From the human T2T-CHM13v2.0 reference genome, Homo sapiens, in assembly GCF_009914755.1 (NCBI RefSeq), contig NC_060938.1: a stretch of 64,000 bases of DNA; one strand, given 5' to 3'. The stretch's first letter is position 1. Every line of letters begins with the position of its first letter. The notes beneath the pieces were generated by a model, which was given only the letters and a program-made list of their open reading frames with translations, was not told where the DNA came from and did no database searches. Positions 59,182 to 64,000 of this stretch are shown one piece after another. Position numbers and translations under genes: made by a program.

Positions 59182-59354
59182 TTTTTATATTTTATTTTAT
59201 TTTATTTTATTTTATATTTTATTTTATTTGAGATGGGGTCTTGCTATGTTGCCCTGGTTGGCCTCTAACTCCTGGGCTCAAGCAGTCCTCTTGCCTTGGC
59301 CTGGTGCTTGGCCCAAAGTGCTGGGATTCCAGGTGTGAGCCACTGTGGCTGGCC
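59182..59354 (-). mobile_element. FLAM/left-arm Alu monomer with (TTTTA)n tail
   Basis: Single arm. Confidence 0.85.
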
Positions 59355-59611
59355 AATCAGCCTCTTCCCGTTCCCTGCATTTTCCTCCCCAGGACCCAGG
59401 ACCAAAGTCATGCGTGTTAGGGATGGGGGAGAGGTGGGAACTGCTGGAAACAACTGCACTCGCACTCCCCACTGACCCCTGCCCACCTCCTCTGGAGGAG
59501 TGGGGGCCACTGCTACAGACCTGCTTTCAGCATATCATGTCTCTCTCCCCACCGCCACCCCAAATTGCATACACTGTCTCCCTCCTGCAAGGCGAGTGTC
59601 CACTCACTCAC

Positions 59612-59704
59612 CTTCTCGATGACCCCGACCACCCTGCAGCCCCTCAGCTGCTCCACGGCAGAGCTCAGCGTGCGAATGGGCCGGAGCCTCAGGCTGCTGA
59701 AACC
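59612..59704 (-). CDS. RPS6KL1: RPS6KL1 coding exon 3 (GFSSLRL...VIEK)
   Basis: ctgcag| ... |gtgagt. Confidence 0.95.
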
Positions 59705-59979
59705 CTGCAGAGGAGGGAGACAGGCCACACACAGCCTCAGGGCCGAGCCCTCCTTGGCCATGGCCTTCTCACCAGGCATCAGGCAGGGGCTTCTGGATGC
59801 AAGGAGAACAGCTGGGAGGGCAGGGGTATAGGCAGGCCCCACCCCACAGTGGCAGGCTGGGTGGAAAAGCTGGCCTTTACCGATAGGCACCCATACTGGT
59901 CCAGGGTGGTCAGGCCGACCTCTCTGCTGAGCCCGTCCAAGGCCCATGAAGTTCTCTGGGCTTCAGAAGCCCCCTCTCA

Positions 59980-60461
<482 letters not shown>

Positions 60462-60943
60462 TCACTGAACACTTACTGGTTTAGAGAAAGCCATGTGGGG
60501 ACTGTGTGTGTGCACATACATGCACACAGATATGTGTGTGTGCACACAAGGGTGTCGGGGTCTGCTCCAAATTGCATGCCGGTTCACAAGAGACAGAATC
60601 AGGAGGCTCTGAGTGTGGACACACATAAGCGTGTAAATTGAACGGTGTGCAAGGCTGGCAGATGTCTATGTGCACACATGGCAAGTGCTCTGTGAGGGAG
60701 GCAGACGACTGGAGATGACTCAGTGAGTTGTTTGAAAATGAATGAACCATGAGGCGTGGGAGAGAGAGGAAGCCAGGAGGAAAAGAAGATGGGCCGCCCT
60801 GGCACACTCCAGCCCAAATAATGACTTCCACTGCCGGCCTCTGCCCTGCAGCCCAGGGCGGGCCTGTGGGTGTCGGGGCCTCCGCAGTCTCCCCTCAGAG
60901 CCCTCCTCCCGCTCAGGCCTTTGGGTGGGGGGGGTCTCCTCAC

Positions 60944-61068
60944 CGCGCTGGGGCTGGCTCCACTGCTCAGCAGCCGCTGCAGGTGGCAGTTGAAGATCTC
61001 CTCTGCCCGCCGCAGGTATTTGGTAATTTTCAGCTTCACAGCCTCACGTCGCTCCTTGTTGGGGTCAA
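60944..61068 (-). CDS. RPS6KL1: RPS6KL1 coding exon 2 ([11 protein letters not shown]...SPSA)
   Basis: ccacag| ... |gtgagg. Confidence 0.95.
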
Positions 61069-62375
61069 CTGTGGGAGACAAGAGTCACCAGGGTCCCCAG
61101 CCATGGCCTCGGAGGGCTGGAGTTCCAGCTCCCATTGCCTGCCCTCTACCCTCCCAAGGAGTGAGCTCCTGTTTCTAAGGCTGGTTCGGCAGATTCTGCC
61201 CCCAGATTGCTTCATGAGCCCCTCCTCTGGGGTGGGGGGCCAGCCAGGAAGGAGGAGGAAGGGAGCTGGCAGGAGGAGGTTAGGAACCAGGGTCACTCCT
61301 CAGCAGACAGCACTTCACCATTAGCACCCACCGCCTTGCTGGCGGCTGTCACACCCTGGGAAGGGACAGGGTGGGGATTTCCCCATCCATTTTTTCAGAG
61401 GAGGGGATAGAAGATTCCAGAGAGCATTGCTTCTTCCATCTCTGATGCCCAGTGTAAAGAAGGCTAGGGTGGGGACCAGGATCGGGGGATAAAGGAATTT
61501 GCTGGACAGACTGGAAGCCCAGGCTTGAAGGGTCTCTTCAGCCAGAGGGCAGGAAGGGCCCAGTGCCCACCTCAAGGCCTGGCCACCAGGGCCCACAGGC
61601 GTCTCAAAATGGCCTCAGCACCAGCCTCTCCCCTGACATGGAAGTTCCTCATGCTGCCCTGGAGGGACCTCCCCTCTCGCCTCTAGGCCTTGAATGTTCT
61701 TTCTGGAACTCTAGCCAGTTCTTCAGCTGGATAACGCACCTACCATTCTCCAGTGCTCAGATTAGAGATCTAACATCTAGAAAATGCTCTAGGCCGGCCC
61801 AGTCTGACCTCAGTTTCCCTCTTTCCTCTCTTCACTTCCCCACTAATCCTCTTCCTACCTGAGACTATAATGGTCCAAATCAACTCATCAGTCTCCCCCC
61901 ACTAGAATGCAAACTCCCAGAGGGCAGGAGCCCAGCCCAGCTCCAGGAACAGTCAGGTGTAGTGGGCCAAGTACACAGCCTGTGAAGTGAAACCCCAATT
62001 GTGCCATTTGATAGCTGTGGAGCCTTGAGCAAGCTACTGAACTGCCCCATGCCTCAGCTTCCTCATCTGGAACATGAGAATGTAAAAAATGGTTCCTGTG
62101 TGCTTGGAACAACATACAACAACATATATAGTAATTTCTATTACTGTGACACTCAAATGAATGAATCTACATGAAGCCCTTAGAATAGTACCTGGCATGT
62201 AGAAACTGCTTAATAAGTGCCAGCTATCATTGTCTTTTATGGAGGCCCTGCAGGCCAGCATAGTGCCGTGCTCACTCAGTACAAATGGACAGGGGACAAG
62301 ACAGATGGGTGACAGGAAGAGCCCTGCACTGGCCCTTCCCCACCCACCCCAGCCCTGCCCAGCCCCGGTCCTCAC

Positions 62376-62640
62376 CGTGTATGCCACGGAGCAGCACGTC
62401 CACGCCATTCTGATAGTGGTTGAAGGCCGCCTCATAGTCCTCACTAACATCGCGCTCCAGGGCCAGCCGGATCTGCGTGGCCGCATCCACCAGATAGTCA
62501 CGTTTTGTCATGTCAGGCACTCCCAGAGCCACCCTGTTGCGAATCTGCTCCAGGTACACGTGAGCTTGGGACCGTGCTTGTGAGCAAGGCTCAGGCTCCA
62601 GGCCGGGGCTGGGCAGGCACTCACAGGCCACCAGGCTCAT
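62376..62640 (-). CDS. RPS6KL1: RPS6KL1 coding exon 1 (MSLVACE...LLRGIH; MIT domain)
   Basis: gccATG at 62640; acceptor ttccag| at 62661; donor |gtgagg. Confidence 0.95.
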
Positions 62641-62693
62641 GGCTGCCCTGCAGCTGGGACCTGGAATGGGCAAATGCATTAGGGAGGACCTAG

Positions 62694-63178
<485 letters not shown>

Positions 63179-64000
63179 TGGGGCTCTGTTTTCCTTTCCA
63201 ATCAAATTCAGTTCAGCAAACATTTCTGGAGCATCTGGTACTGTGTTGAGCTCTGGAGAGAGCTGAGGATATCTGTGATCCACAGCCACCTTCACAGGGC
63301 CTCCGTAGAGCAAGCTTGGTATCCAGTACGCATTCAGCACATGGAGGCCACACACGCTGGGCTCAAATGCTGTTCCTCATGCTGTTCCCTCCACCCTGCC
63401 TGTTGTCTCCTCCCTGCTCCTCCTGTGGGAATCTCATTTACCCTTTGGGGTTTAGCACTTCTCCGTGGACCAGATGGATTGCCCCTGCTGTGTTTTGTTC
63501 CCTTGGTCCTGAGGTCAGTGTGGTCAGCGAGTGAGGACCCCTCCTGGAGCCAGCAGAGAGCAGAGCACAGAGCTGGGCTGTAAGAACTGTTGGCAGACGG
63601 AATGACTGAGTGGCAGACTCGGTGCCACGTTGGATGGGGGGTAGAAGAGGGCAGGGTGACCCAGCCCCAGGGAGGGTCGCTCTGTCCTCCTGGCTTTACT
63701 TTTGAGAAGGTCATGTGGCCTCCAAGGACCTGACAGCAGCTTCTTCCTGAGCAATGTGTGACCCAGGCGGCCAAAGGGATGACAGCCGTGGCTGCGGGAA
63801 GGGAAGGGGCTCAGAGAGAGGCCCACAAAGCTACCCCGCCTTTGCTCTCCCAGGTCCCACTGGGAATGGGCAGGACCCGGAACTTCCAACCCCAGGTCAT
63901 TTGGAGAGAAAGAGGAGAGAGCAGGATGGGCGGTGGGGCGGGGAGGGAGACCCACAGCCTCAGCCGGCGGGGAGCTGAATCCCGGCCAGGATGCGGCCAG

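Overview
This is human (or great-ape) genomic DNA, Alu-dense, matching the PROX2 - DLST - RPS6KL1 locus (human 14q24.3, recognised from the translated proteins). It holds the 5' part of PROX2 on the minus strand (large first coding exon 4934-3630 plus two candidate non-coding upstream exons) and the complete 15-exon DLST gene on the plus strand (CDS 23054-43430, 453 aa). It also holds the complete 10-exon coding region of the pseudokinase RPS6KL1 on the minus strand (62640-48114, 549 aa) and a processed METTL5 pseudogene, interrupted by an Alu, in PROX2 intron 1. Repeats include about 40 Alus, L2/MIR/L1 and DNA-transposon fragments, and a solo MER4A-type LTR. I found no large foreign insertion and no wholly new gene system; most short ORFs in the track are Alu, antisense or GC-rich artefacts. 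The most interesting structure is fine-scale: a U12-type AT-AC donor ending the PROX2 coding exon with an in-frame U2 bypass donor, two GC-AG introns in RPS6KL1, and a tailless 5'-half tRNA-Pro(AGG) retrocopy with a perfect 17-bp target-site duplication (TSD) in DLST intron 7. Also notable are an exonised fossil Alu monomer and a uORF in each PROX2 5'UTR exon, an LTR-donated distal poly(A) signal for RPS6KL1, convergent CTCF motifs bracketing DLST, and a collapsed inverted-Alu hairpin. Exon coordinates were derived by hand from splice signals and reading-frame continuity; repeat boundaries and subfamilies are approximate.
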